From Eledone cirrhosa (lineage: Eukaryota), in assembly GCA_964016885.1 (NCBI GenBank), contig OZ024744.1, positions 67,704,001 to 67,768,000 on the forward strand: 64,000 bases of DNA. The letters run 5' to 3'. Positions within the stretch are counted from its first letter, which is position 1, and the number at the start of each line of letters is the position of its first letter. Positions 11,791 through 26,739 of the stretch are shown piece by piece. The notes beneath the pieces were generated by a model. The model was not told where the DNA came from, did no database searches, and worked only from the letters and a program-made list of their open reading frames with translations. Both the position numbers and the translations under genes were made by a program.

Positions 11791-12619
11791 TTTCTGTTTG
11801 TAAGGCAGACACACAGACAGGCAGTAAAGCAGAGGGAAAGGAGGGGAGGAGATTTCGCTGCTATTTCTAGCAGGGAAAACAACCTTGACCAGACCACCCC
11901 ATGTGTAGATGCTCACTCATTAGATTGTCATGATGAGGATAATGATGGGTGGGGCTGGGGTGGGGGTGAGGGATAAAGGTGATGATGGTTTTTTTGTATG
12001 TTATTGATAGTGGTGTTGGTGGTGGTGGTGGTGGTTGTGGTGATGGTGGCAGTGGTGGCGGCGGTGAGTCTACTTTGTTTTCATTCCACATGCACTAACT
12101 ACACTACTTTGCCGAAGTGGCTTTAAAATTAAATAATATTATCAATGGAATAAATAATATTATCAATTCAATTAATAAAATTATCAATTGAATAAATAAA
12201 TAGAAAAAAAATAATCAACCTGCCCTTATATTTTTATTGTTGTTGTTGTTGGTGGTGGTGGTGGTGGTGGTGGTGGTGGTGGTAAACAATAGGTCAACAC
12301 TAATCAAGCATATCTATGCTCAATGGCATTTCAACCATGACCATCCTGACTTTTAGCAATAGTGTTACCTCAGACTACATATCCAAGGTAACCTATTATA
12401 AAAGTAGATAGAAGAAGGTGTGATTTGTGAGAGTTTTGGGCTGCTATTACTAACAGGCGGAGAAACCATGTAGTCGTTTCTGCATTCACTTGCTTTCCTA
12501 GTTGTGACGTCTGCTGTTGCTGTTGCTATTGCTGTTGTTGTTATTGTTGTCATTGCTTTTGGTTATAGTTGTATGTGTTGTGTTTTTGTGTTTGGTCACT
12601 AGCACAGACACAACTGCTG

Positions 12620-13606
<987 letters not shown>

Positions 13607-13725
13607 AGCAATCTAACTATTTTGTAGCCTCTGTTGTTGCTACCGGTTTCTGTCTGAACTGCTGCTACTGTGACCGGTTGCCTTGCACAGTTCTGGTCCT
13701 TTACAACTGCAGACAACCACCATCT

Positions 13726-13836
13726 ACACACACACACACAGACACACATACACACAGACACATACACACACACACAGACTCTCTCTCTCTCACACACACA
13801 CACAGACACACAATCACAAACACATACACACACACA

Positions 13837-13867
<31 letters not shown>

Positions 13868-14223
13868 TCACAAACACACACAGACACACACACACACACT
13901 GTCTCTCTCTCTCTCTTACACACTCACTCATTCACACACACACGCATACACACATACACACATACACACAGACTCTCCCTCACACACACACACACGATCG
14001 CAAACACATACACACACACTCTCTCTCTCTCACACACACACACACTCAGTCATTCACACACACACACACACACATACACACAAACTCACACACAAACACA
14101 TACATACACACACACTCACTCACACATGGACACTCTCGCAAACACACTCACACCACATACACTCTCACTTTTACACACACACACACTCACACACACACAC
14201 TCACACACTCACACACTCACATT

Positions 14224-14250
<27 letters not shown>
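13726..14250 (+). repeat. Degenerate (CA)n/(CT)n compound microsatellite
   Basis: Direct inspection. Confidence 0.9.
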
Positions 14251-14257
<7 letters not shown>

Positions 14258-14571
14258 CATTCAGATGTGTGTTTATATGTGTATGTGTGTGAGTGTGTTG
14301 TGTATGTGTTAATAAGCATGTGTTCAAGTCATGTTTCTGATTTCACATCCCATTTATCTGTCAAACAAAACAACACCAAATCAGCTGACCACCTGACCAG
14401 CCAGACAGCCAGCCAGCCAGCCAGTCAGCCGGCCGGGCGCCCGGCCAGCCAGCCAACCCTATTGGCCAAAAAAATATATATATAGAAAAACAGACGCACA
14501 TATTGTATATATATAAATACATATATATACTGAGGTCCCAATATATATATATATATATACACATACATATA

Positions 14572-15051
14572 TCTATATATCTAAAACAGAGAATGTATGT
14601 CTGTCTGACTCCCTAAACCTCGAGAATCACCCAACCAATTTTTTTCAAACTTTACACATGTAATACTTATGGTTGTGTGAGTGTTTTGAGCAAAACATAT
14701 TTCAAATTTTCAATGCCCTAGGGACCGCATTAGGCGCCGGTTAGCGATCTCTCTCTCTCTTTCTTAGTCTGTCTTTTTAGATAGATACATAGCTATAACG
14801 TCGTGCCCTTATAATATCTGTTTGTATATCTGGCTGTCTGACATTATAAAAACATAAAATGCAGAGGTAAATATTTTGAAAAAGGTTGCAACCGAAGGAA
14901 AACAGGAAGACGATACTTTGGTTCGTGAAGACGTTCCCTGGCAATGAACGGAAAAAAGCGAAGGTAATACAATGAGAACAATATTTACTCTAGGGTTCTT
15001 ATATATTTGATATATATTTATCCTTATCGAGCCCTCTTTAGTTCGGCTAAC

Positions 15052-15103
<52 letters not shown>

Positions 15104-15541
15104 CATATATATATATATACATATATACACACACACTATATATATACATATATATATATATACACACAGAGATAGCGAAGTCAATGTTTTCATAATGTTG
15201 TAATGCAGATAGATACATAGTTATAACATCGCACCCCGGTTAAGACGGCACCCATGGCTTTGCAATTACATAGTCACCGGTTCGGAAATCACATGACTAG
15301 TCTTAGTGTACTTCGTCCTGCTTTTAGGTCATGCCTTGAAGGAAGAGATACTCCATTGGCCGAAATACTGCGAAAGCGGCAAGAAAAGGAACAAGGCGGC
15401 CAAACGAATCGTCAGTGGAATCTGCTATTCGACGGTCGCAAGGCCGAGGTATTCCATACTTCTCTGTACTGTTTCAGAAAGGAGGGATAAACATGCCAAG
15501 CTATGTTTAGAATCCCGAGCAACGCCGGGACATTCTGCTAT
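14572..15541 (+). mobile_element. Non-autonomous Helitron-like element with internal insertion
   Basis: 5' TCTATATATCTAAAACAGAGAATGTATGTCTGTCTG; subterminal hairpin CCCGAGCAACGCCGGG 15514-15529 followed by CTAT (CTRR-like) at 15538-15541. Confidence 0.6.
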
Positions 15542-15925
<384 letters not shown>

Positions 15926-16083
15926 CATATGTATATATATATAAGCAGAAGGCATATTCAATTTGTTGGTAATTCAACAAATATAAATGTTTATAACTGA
16001 TTCAGAGCACTCTACAAGTGTTTTCTGGAGTTTAATATTCAATGATATTAAATAGATGGAAACTATATTTATAAAACCATATT

Positions 16084-16144
16084 TATTCTATTATATATAT
16101 TTCAAGGGTACCAAAATTTTGGTACGCTATCATCAGATAAAATA
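16084..16144 (-). ncRNA. Minimal type I hammerhead ribozyme motif (left arm)
   Basis: Reverse complement of the motif at 16276-16336 with intact CTGATGA and GAAA. Confidence 0.7.
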
Positions 16145-16275
16145 CGAAGTGTGTTTTATAAATATTTGACATAACCAAGGAGAATATACCTTAACGGTTC
16201 AAGTTATCCCTGGATAACTTGGACCGTTAAGGTATATTCTCCTTGGTTGTGTCAAAACTTATAAAACACACTTCG

Positions 16276-16336
16276 TATTTTATCTGATGATAGCGTACCG
16301 AAATTTTGGTACCCTTGAAATATATATAATAGAATA
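16276..16336 (+). ncRNA. Minimal type I hammerhead ribozyme motif (right arm)
   Basis: TATTTTAT-CTGATGA-TAGCGTACCGAAATTTTGGTACCCTT-GAAA-TATATA-TA-ATAGAATA: 8-bp stem I, stem II GTACC/GGTAC, palindromic stem III, AUA site. Confidence 0.7.
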
Positions 16337-16375
16337 AATATGGTTTTATAAATATAGTTTCCATTTATTTAATAT

Positions 16376-16471
<96 letters not shown>

Positions 16472-16500
16472 TCACACACACATATATATATATATATATA

Positions 16501-17884
16501 TCTCCAAGCTATAACGGAGGAGTTCAAGACCGGCTAACCATGGGAACTTCTATACGCAGATGATCTAACGCTCATAGCCGAATCAATGGCTGACCTAGAG
16601 AAGAAATTCCAAACATGGAAGCATGGCCTAGAATCAAAAGGTCTTAAAATTAACTTGTCTATGACTAAAGTTCTAATATGTAGGAAGGGGAATAGGGCAC
16701 TGGTCCCATCTGGGAAATGGCCATGCTCAGTGTGTAGGAAAGGAGTAGGCAGAAACTCCATTTTATGTCCCAAATGCAGAGTATGGGTGCATAAAAGATG
16801 TAGTGGGATCACAGGTAAGCTAACTAAGAATATAGATTTTATATGTGGCCGGTGCTCTGGTGCAATAAATAGCAGCAAGTACCCACAGAATACTAGCTCA
16901 TTCGATTGCACAGATGGTTCTATAGAAATAGTGGACACCTTCCGTTACCTGGGTGACAAAATCAGCAGTGGTGGAGGGGGTGCTCCGAAAGTACTGTAGC
17001 TAGAGTCCGAACGGGATGGAAAAAGTTCAGAGAGCTTCTACCACTATTGGCTGCTAAAGATTTCTCTCTAAAAATAAATGGGCATGCTGTATGATGCCTG
17101 CATACGAACAGCGATGTTACATGACAGTGAGACATGGGCCTTGTGTCAGAGGATCTACGCAGACTGAAGAGGAACGAAGCTTGCATGCTCCGTTGGATGT
17201 GTGATAGTAATATACGCGAACTGCAAAGCATAAATGAACTAAGTGAGAAATTAGGAACAAGAGGGATCAGCTGCTGTTTACTCGAGAGAAGACTACGTTG
17301 GTATGGTCACGTGATGCGCATGAAACACGACAGCTGTATAAAAAAAGTGCAGGGCGATGAATATAGACGGTAGCTACGGAGTAGGCAGACCCAGAAAAAC
17401 CTGAGACGACTTGATAAAATCCGACCTTACACACTTACACCTCTCCAAGACAATATCACTGGAGCGAGATCTTTGGCGCTACGTAATAATACAGAAGACC
17501 TGCCTTGCCTAAGTACAAAGCTAAACCTACAGTCAGTAGGCACCTCTTAACCAAAATACACCCCCGTCCCACTACCCCTACCCCCACCGCCATCTACACC
17601 ACCCCTTTCGATGTAAAGTTATGTTGGTACCACAACATCCAGGCCGAAACAAATGAGATCGTGTAGGTGTCACGACAAAAAACACACACAGTCCACGCTG
17701 TAAAGTGGCCGGGTAGGTAACACGGTAAAAACCTCCCAGTCCACACTGTAAACGTGGTTGGTGTTAGGAAGGGCATCTAGCCATAGAAAACCCACCAGAC
17801 AGTCCTGAGCAAGACAACCAATCTTGCCTCAAGTGGGACAACTCACGTCCAGACCCATGCTAGCGTGGAAGATGGACGTTAAAC

Positions 17885-17923
<39 letters not shown>
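16501..17923 (+). mobile_element. RTE-clade LINE, 5'-truncated, with PHD-type finger in RT
   Basis: [14 protein letters not shown]-x10-CPKC-x4-HKRC-x14-CGRC, FRYLG, RRLRWYGHVMRM, (GAT)n tail; frameshifts. Confidence 0.92.
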
Positions 17924-17935
17924 ATACATATACTG

Positions 17936-17973
<38 letters not shown>

Positions 17974-18067
17974 CATATATATATATTGGCTTGTAATTTT
18001 CTTAACTAATCACTCACCTCTCCTCTTTGATTAGTTTGCTTACTTAATATTTGATGTATGTAAATAA

Positions 18068-18270
18068 ATATTTAATATAGAAATGTCTTTCTACAGGACT
18101 AGAACTATTTCATTCGAAGGAAATCATCAGGAAAGCCCTGGACTTCCCTGACGACTTCCTTCAAATAAAACAGTTCTAGTCCTGTAGAAAGCCATTTCTA
18201 TATTAAATATATATACTCTGCTATGTATTGAGTACCTTACTTACTTTGGTTACCCCCGATTCAATCCGAC
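18068..18270. mobile_element. Fold-back HHR element (family also at 29095-29210 and 30064-30395)
   Basis: Arms ~18068-18138 and ~18140-18210, plus a tail to ~18270 containing GTATTGAGTAC. Confidence 0.75.
18085..18137 (-). ncRNA. Type I hammerhead ribozyme motif
   Basis: GGCTTTC-CTGATGA-TTTCCTTCGAAT-GAAA-TAG-TTCTAGTC-CTG-TA-GAAAGAC; the plus-arm copy at 18141-18193 has GAAA changed to AAAA. Confidence 0.7.
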
Positions 18271-18292
18271 ACACACACACACACATATATAT

Positions 18293-18325
<33 letters not shown>

Positions 18326-18399
18326 CATATATATATGTATATATATGTGTGTGTATAATGTGTGTGTATATATTGCAAGCAAGGAAAAGTGGATGTAAA

Positions 18400-18434
<35 letters not shown>

Positions 18435-18674
18435 ATATATATACGTCCATGCATACATCAACACTGATACACTTCCAAAACACACATATTCTTCAAACAC
18501 ACATATACTTTGACAATTGTTTTTATATGTATACGCACACATGCCGAAGCACATGTATACACAATAAAGCTATTGGACACTTTGCAACTCATATGCACCT
18601 CACAGAATAGATGCACCTTATGCAATTTGTTTCACGAGCGGTTCGGCTTCGTACTCATCATTCTCTGCCTTGCA

Positions 18675-18677
<3 letters not shown>

Positions 18678-18735
<58 letters not shown>

Positions 18736-19420
18736 TCTCGCCCTCTCTTTCCTTCTCCTCTTTCCCTAAAACACCTAGTCTGTCCTCACAGCACTACCAC
18801 CTTCAGTGCTAACATAACCCCACCATCCACCATCCACCATCCACCATCCACCATCCACCATCCACCATCTCACTCCTTCACACACACCAACCATCCCATC
18901 CCATCCATTCCACTACAACCACTACCACCATCAACACCACCACCACCACCACCACCACCACCACCACCACCACCAATACCAATACCACCTCCATTATCAC
19001 CAAAACCAACACCACCAACACCACGAACACCACCACCACCAAAACCAACACCTCCATCATCACCACCACCACCACCACCATAACCAACACTGCCAAAATC
19101 AACACCACCACCATAACCCCCCCCCCCCTTCAAACACGGTATAACAATGGTACTACCTGCAAAATATTGGTGCATATGTCCACTGCAAGAAACAATACAC
19201 ACTACCAACTTTACTACTAACCATTGCAACCACTACCGTTGTCTGACCCACCCAGCTCCACCTTCATACACACAGCAGTAGCTGAAAGATAGAAGTTGCA
19301 GCAGGGGACAGTAGACAGCAGTAGCAACAGCAGCAGCGGCAACAGCAGCAACAGCAGCAGCAGCAGCAGCAACAGTAGCAGCAATGGTTGCGGCAGGCAG
19401 CGGCACCAGCAGATCAAACC
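18678..19420. repeat. Low-complexity (CT)n, (CCA)n and (CAG/CAA)n tracts
   Basis: Direct inspection. Confidence 0.85.
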
Positions 19421-19519
19421 ATTACAGTTAAAACTAAACAAAAACAAACAAAAAAAAAAACAATCTACCGGTACTGTTTTGCCTCCTCACCCACAACCAG
19501 GAAGAAGAAAAAGACAAAG

Positions 19520-19551
<32 letters not shown>

Positions 19552-20157
19552 CTGTCATCTATCTACCTTCCTATCTATATATCTATCTTTCTGTCTACCT
19601 ACCTATCTATCTATATATATATCTATATATCTATCTATATATATATATATATATATATATGTTTTTATTTTATTTTTTTTTATTTTCTTTAGCATTCTAT
19701 CTATTGTATCAATCCATCCATTTATTTATCCATATCCATCCGTTTATGCAACCATCCAGCCATCCTTCCATCCATCCTTCCAGCCACCCAGCCATCCATC
19801 CATCGCTCTCTGATTAACCAACCATCCATGAACAAATAAAACAACAAAACAAAACAAAACAAAACAAAACAAAACAAAACAAAAAAAAAATCAAATTAAA
19901 AACAATGCCAACCAAAGGAAAAAAAAATAAATAAATAAGACAAACAAGGAACAATTTAAACAAAACATGTGAAAAAGAAAAGAAAAACATAATAATAATA
20001 ATAATAATAATAATACGAGAGACAAACTAAGGTGGTTCGCATAATCTGATGCGGGTGTCATTTTTGTAGGATATAGAATATAAGTATATTTACACCTCAA
20101 AAAAAAAATTTTTTATTCACTTTATAACAGAAATAATAATAATTATTATAAAATTTG

Positions 20158-20201
<44 letters not shown>

Positions 20202-20640
20202 TTAATTATTTATTTATTTTGCTGACATAGTAAAAAATAGGAAATATCAAATATAGGACAAAGAAAGACAGAGAAAAAAAAACAAACATCAGACAAAAAA
20301 AAAAAAAAGGTTTTAAAAAAAAAATGAGGAATATTCACTTAAAACAGAAGCAAAGGACCTAAAGGATTCTTGTTCACCGAGCAGGTACTATAACAACAGC
20401 AACAACAACAGTAACAACAGCAGACGATAGGAATATAAAGGAGAAAGATTTTGCTGTATGTATGTTTGTGCATTCCATGTGCATTACATGTGCATTGCAT
20501 GTGCAAGTCTGTTTATTAGCGAGTGTCGGCAAATTTAAATCGTGTTGAATCAAATGAAATCTCCGCTTTTCTGTCTACTCTAACTCTGACAGACTGAATT
20601 TATACATACAAATACATATATACACATATATATATATATT

Positions 20641-20672
<32 letters not shown>

Positions 20673-20679
20673 CATACAT

Positions 20680-20713
<34 letters not shown>

Positions 20714-20759
20714 ATATATACACACACACACATATATATATACATATACACATACATAC

Positions 20760-20790
<31 letters not shown>

Positions 20791-20856
20791 ATACATACAT
20801 ATATACAATACATACATACATACATACATACATACATACATACATACATACATACA

Positions 20857-20894
<38 letters not shown>

Positions 20895-20967
20895 TATATA
20901 CATATATATATATACAATCACACACACACACACAAATATAGATCTAGATATACTACCTCTCACTTTC

Positions 20968-21066
20968 ACCATCGCCACCATCACTGTCACCACCATCGCC
21001 ACCATCTCTGTCACCACCATCGCCACCATCTCTGTCATTACCATCGCCACCATCTCTGTCATTACC
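20968..21066 (+). repeat. 21-bp minisatellite (ACCATCGCCACCATCTCTGTC)
   Basis: About 4.5 tandem copies. Confidence 0.8.
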
Positions 21067-21960
21067 AACTACCAACTACCAACTACCAACACCAGCTGAA
21101 AGGATGAAAGGCAAAATCAAATTTGGTAGAGATTTTCAACTGGAGACAACAGCTACTAGCAGGAAAAGGTGGATCGGACAACTACCTTACAATTAAATAT
21201 CTCCCCCCGCCCCGCCCCCCCAAAAGACAACAACACCCGCTCGCCTCATCACCACAACCACCACCGCCGCCGCCACAACCACCACAGCCGCCACCACTAC
21301 CACTTCACTCTCCTTCTTGGGTTGATTGTTTGGTTGGTTTGGTTGGTTGGCTGGCTGGTTGACTGGTTGGTTGGATAGTTGGTTAGTTGGTTAGTTGGTT
21401 GGTTGGTGGTTGGCTGGTTGGCTGGGTTTTTTGGTTTTTTTTAAAAAACAGATTGTCTCTTGAAAACTACCTTACTACCACCACTACCCACCTACGCACC
21501 CACTCACCCAACAACAATAAGAACAACAACAACAACAATAGTTGCAATATTTATTGTTCATCATTAACAGCATCTAAAAATATAAGGATTCTATTCACTA
21601 TCATAAAAACATAAAAACACACCATACCTCATTTGACAAGAAACTCGCGTGTGTCAGTGTGAGTGCGTGTGTGTGTGTGTGTCTGTGTGTGTGTTTTCCT
21701 TTATCATCCCCCGTTCCCCACCCTATCCGACAAATTTGGAAATATAAAAGTACACCCACCCCCACCCACATTTTTCCTCTCACACCGGCATCACCAACAA
21801 AATACAATCACCACCACCACCACCACCACCACCACCACCGCTACCGCAACAACAACAACAAACAACAACAGCAGCAACGACAATTACTATATATAATAAT
21901 ATATAGTTTCCATTTCAACATCATTAAAATTTACAATTGTGTTTAATACTCAACACTGTA

Positions 21961-22015
<55 letters not shown>

Positions 22016-22184
22016 GTAGTAGTACCACTACTACTACCACCACCACCACCACCACCACCTGCCGGCAAGCAGTTATAATAACAAACAGTGCAACATGGAA
22101 AAGCCACGATCACCTCAGCTAAGTGTAAGTATTTTATAACATTATAGAAGTAAAATGCACACGAATATATATATATATATATAA

Positions 22185-22212
<28 letters not shown>

Positions 22213-22215
<3 letters not shown>

Positions 22216-22375
22216 GGTAAAATTCCGTTATAACGAATTTTTCAGTATAACGAAATTTGTATCAATCCCGGCCACACGCTCGATGTGTTAGGTTGATAGC
22301 GTTATAAATAATTTTTCGTTACAACGAATTTTTTTTGTACCTCGTGAATTTCCTTGTAACGCAATTTCATTGTTT
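22213..22375. mobile_element. Degenerate Tigger/pogo-like MITE
   Basis: Imperfect TIRs GGTAAAATTCCGTTATAACG / CTTGTAACGCAATTTCATTG with internal TATAACGAA subrepeats; in (TA)n. Confidence 0.45.
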
Positions 22376-22472
<97 letters not shown>

Positions 22473-22531
22473 GTGTATATATGTATGTATGTGTATATGT
22501 ATGTATTTATGTATGTGTGTGTGTAAAAGAA

Positions 22532-22640
22532 ATACAGGATGTCCTAAAAAAATGTATACACACTTCAACACCATTCTAATATTGCTTGTACAGGTAGGTA
22601 ATCAAAGTGTGTATACATTTTTTCGTAACTACTCTTTGTT
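22532..22640. mobile_element. Degenerate Tc1/mariner-like MITE
   Basis: TACAGGATGTCC start; inverted repeat AAAAAATGTATACACACTT / AAGTGTGTATACATTTTTT. Confidence 0.45.
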
Positions 22641-22706
22641 GTTGTTATTTACTTTTCCAATATATATATATATGTGTGTGTGTGTGTATATATATATATG
22701 TATATG

Positions 22707-22752
<46 letters not shown>

Positions 22753-22759
22753 TAGATAT

Positions 22760-22807
<48 letters not shown>

Positions 22808-23201
22808 CATACATACACATATACCTATGTCTGTCTGTATGTATAATTATTTTCTTTCACTCATATTCATAACATCTTTTTTCATTCATTCTAATTTGTT
22901 TGTTGCATATTTGCCTCTCACTCTCTCTCCCTCTCTCTTTCTTTCTCTCTCTCCCCCTCTTTCTTTACACTCTCCCTCTTCCCCCCTCCTTCTCCCTCAT
23001 ACATTAAATGCAAGTACAGCAATACAACCAGACAAGGTTATCAAACACTATTATTATTACTGTTGTTATTGTTTGTTGGGTATTTTTTTTGTTTGTTTCT
23101 TTTTGTTTGTTTGTTTATTTTACTGTTTATTTTGTTGATAAACATGATGATGATTACTGTTCCCCGCCACCATCTGTTGTATACGATTGATTAACTATTA
23201 A

Positions 23202-23409
23202 CCATTTAACATTTAAACCGGCCGTATCCGGCTAGAATTCTCTCACCTGTCTCTGTTCAAACCAATCCTATCTGGCTGCTCATACTGATGTAAAGGTATT
23301 GTTCTCAAAATAAATTATATCAAAATCTCATAGATTCGATATTATCTGAGATAAAGCCTTTACCACAAAAATGCAATAGTATATATAGAGTAATGTAAAT
23401 GATAAAGGG
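23202..23409 (+). mobile_element. piggyBac-type MITE (copy 1)
   Basis: TTAA-CCATTTAACATTTA...TAAATGATAAAGGG-TTAG; homologous to 40508-40727. Confidence 0.7.
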
Positions 23410-23437
23410 TTAGATATTTAAATATCAAAATATTTAA

Positions 23438-23651
23438 CCTTTTAGCATTTAAAACGACTGTATCTGGCCAAAATTCTCTCACCTGTCTCTGTTCAAACCA
23501 GTCATAAATAACTGGCTACCTATACTGATGATAAGGTATTGTTCTCAAAATAAATAATATCACAATCTCATAGATTCGATATTATGTGAGGTAAAACATT
23601 TACCCTGAAAATACAATAGTATATATAGAGTAATCCTAAAAGGTTAAAGGG
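23438..23651 (+). mobile_element. piggyBac-type MITE (copy 2)
   Basis: TTAA-CCTTTTAGCATTTA...TAAAGGG-TTAA. Confidence 0.7.
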
Positions 23652-23951
23652 TTAAATAACAATTTTGGATATCTAACAATAACACTACAAATATTGAGAT
23701 TGCGGGATTATTTTGTACTCCTAGGCAGGGCCAAATTAAATCCAAGTCCTTTTGAGGTCTGAAGCTCTTAAAAATTTATGGTTCTCCCATATAGAAAATG
23801 TGCAAAAAATTACTTTTTTTTCCGGAATGAAAAATACATTTAATTTGAATGAAATTCAACCCCTCTTCCCTTGATGCTCTTGTCATGTGTTTCGTTACTT
23901 TAGAAACCTCCTACTGGAAAAAATTATAGAGTTGACCTCAGTGAGATACAA

Positions 23952-24171
23952 CCCTTTAGCATTCACATTACTCTATATATACTATTGTATTTTTGTGATA
24001 AAGGCTTTATCTCACGTAATATCTCGCGTAATATCAAATCTATGAGATTTTGATATTATTTATTTTGAGCACAATACCTTAACATCAGTATGAATTATCA
24101 GTTACAGATGGTTTGAAGAGAAAGAAGTGAGAGAATTCTGGCTGGATACAGCTGGCTTAAATACTAAAGGG
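23952..24171 (-). mobile_element. piggyBac-type MITE (copy 3, inverted)
   Basis: CCCTTTAGCATT...TAAATACTAAAGGG-TTAA; interior is the reverse complement of copies 1 and 2. Confidence 0.7.
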
Positions 24172-25381
24172 TTAAATATACGGCATAAAGAAATGTATCT
24201 AAATAAATTTGTAGTTCTTGCTATATTCCAACAAAAATCTTGAGCTGTTTGTAGATGCAGCTCGATTTGTTGTTACAGGTATCTTTTTCTTTTACACATC
24301 ATTTGTTCTGTACGATTACATCCTTTGACAAATCTTTAAAGATATGACTGTGATTTGGCCAAAATGGTTTAGTTTGATGCGAGGTATAACTGGGTGACAT
24401 GTCAGGTCTTTGAGCAAATTTATTTTGCTTTTGAAAAGAGGATCTACAGTTTATTGTGCTTCATTGTGTCGAAATAGAAATTTATAAGCTACTGTTCCTT
24501 GTTCAATTACCTATGCACATAGGGAAATAGACAATACATGACAATAATACATACAAATACGGGGGTGGTGGAAGCATTTCTGAATTGGGAGGGGGACAAA
24601 TTTGGTCACTTTGGTTGTAGTGATTAGATTAGCTCTTTGCACGCTAAAATGGTCAGAAAATACAATTTGAGTCCAAGCATTTACAGCTTTCGATAATTAT
24701 AAAGTGATTGTAGCAAAATGACCTGTGAAATCTATCTCTGAAGACACATACTATCAATTGGCAAATATGTGGCAAATATGTGGAGAAAAAGTTATGACAT
24801 GATAAAAACATTTCCTATGAACCTTGAAATATTATGTTGAAATATACAGGATAAGAGAAACATTACTTTGTTTTGTTTTTTATGTCAGCTTTTGTCCTTT
24901 ATATATTACTACAGCGCGGTACCAGCTTTCTGGATACCTTATCAATCATTTATTACATATTTCACAATGCTTCATATTAACTAAACTACTTTATTGCAAG
25001 TTACTTCAGTTCACTCAGCTGAAAAAAGGAGTTGTGATGGCACTGGTGCTAAGTGGTATTGTCCTTTGCCTTTCCCTTGGTGAACATCAGTGTCACGGAG
25101 AGAGGGAAGTCCATCATTCTTGGGGGACTTTTGGTTTTCCTCAAAGCATCTTGCCCAAGGCTTCTGTCCTGGAGAGAATCTTTCTAGGTGCAACCTCATG
25201 GTAAAGCCATGATTTATCTTAGCAGCTTGAACTGTTGCTGGAATTAGTACTTGTAACATTTCATGGAATTGGGAGAAGATATGCCATACTTTGAACTCAC
25301 TGGTATTGTGAGCACCGAAACAGATTCTTTAAGACTTTATCCAATCTACAGTGACACTTCCCAACACACACATAACCATGT

Positions 25382-25451
<70 letters not shown>

Positions 25452-25461
25452 CTATGAATAC

Positions 25462-25617
<156 letters not shown>

Positions 25618-25644
25618 TTATATATATACATATGTATATATATA

Positions 25645-26215
25645 AGTATGGATACGTACATACATATATGTATACAGACGTACAGTAGTATGTATATATA
25701 TACATACATGCACACATATATATATATGTACGTATTATAATGCTCGGTGTGTTTGTAAACAAACATCCCGAATTAAGCCGTACAGTGTTTAGCAACCATC
25801 GTTGCCCTTTTGTTCAACTCTAACAAAGGAACGATGTACTAGTTTCAAGCTTATTAGCTATCGTCAGCACCGTATACCTTCCTGCCGAATAATTGAACGT
25901 CTGAAAGTATATACTTTCCTTATGCATATTAACGGTTGAGCAGCCTAATTTGCATATCGAGTGAGTTAATCGGCCGGGGTACCGAAAACGATAAACGGAA
26001 ACAATGAAACGAAATTTCATTTCTCACTCTTAGTACGGCTGTTACTTAAATATGAGTATGTATACATACATACATATATGTATACAGACGTACAGTAGTA
26101 TGTATACATACATACATATATGTATACAGACGCACAGTAGTATGTATATACATACATGCAGTAACAGCCGTACTAAGAGTGAGAAATGAAATTTTGTTTC
26201 ATTTTTTCCGTTTAT
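25645..26215 (-). mobile_element. HHR element, ~410-bp monomer with terminal redundancy and short inverted copy
   Basis: CATATATGTATACAGACGTACAGTAGTATGTATA at ~25663 and ~26073 (offset 410); 25992-26046 inverted at 26160-26213. Confidence 0.65.
25831..25873 (-). ncRNA. Minimal type I hammerhead ribozyme motif
   Basis: ACGGTG-CTGACGA-T-AGCT-AATA-AGCT-T-GAAA-CTAG-TA-CATCGT; GUA site; palindromic stem III CTAG. Confidence 0.8.
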
Positions 26216-26216
26216 G

Positions 26217-26295
<79 letters not shown>

Positions 26296-26302
26296 TTATA
26301 TA

Positions 26303-26359
<57 letters not shown>

Positions 26360-26739
26360 TCATGATCATCATCATTTTACGTCCGTTTTTTCCTTGCTTG
26401 CAAGGGTGGGACGGGTCCTATTCAACACAGCATCTCTCTACTTGTCATGGTCCTTCGTCATCTCCACTGTGAGCTTCAGCGAGATCGGAGGCCATATTTA
26501 GTTGATTCAGGTTTATTTAAAACTCCGTTATACATATTTCGCTGAGGACTATCAGTTATGATAGCCTGAGCTCTTCCGATGGCAAAATCTAAAATAAACA
26601 TTGAATGTTCCTAAGAAACCTTTAAATTTTGAAGAATCCAATAATTTCCCTGAAAAAGATTTTCTTTTCATGATACAGGGGCCGGCCAAACGTGAGGTGT
26701 TGTTTCTTCGATGGCTGGCACCTATATATATATATATAT

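Larger units (their letters stand above)
15941..16380. mobile_element. Fold-back element with two divergent hammerheads
   Basis: ~170-bp arms 16040-16209 and 16212-16380, tail 15941-16039, (TA)n on both sides. Confidence 0.8.

Noticed and set aside
25011-25340. Host exon or hAT transposase C-terminal remnant on the minus strand
   Set aside because: Only a vague resemblance (QVLIPAT, ERFS, DVHQ); not supportable without a search.
26538-26580. Hammerhead TCG-CTGAGGA-CTATCA-GTTA-TGATAG...
   Set aside because: Good stem II but no GAAA after it; at best a decayed copy, so not counted.
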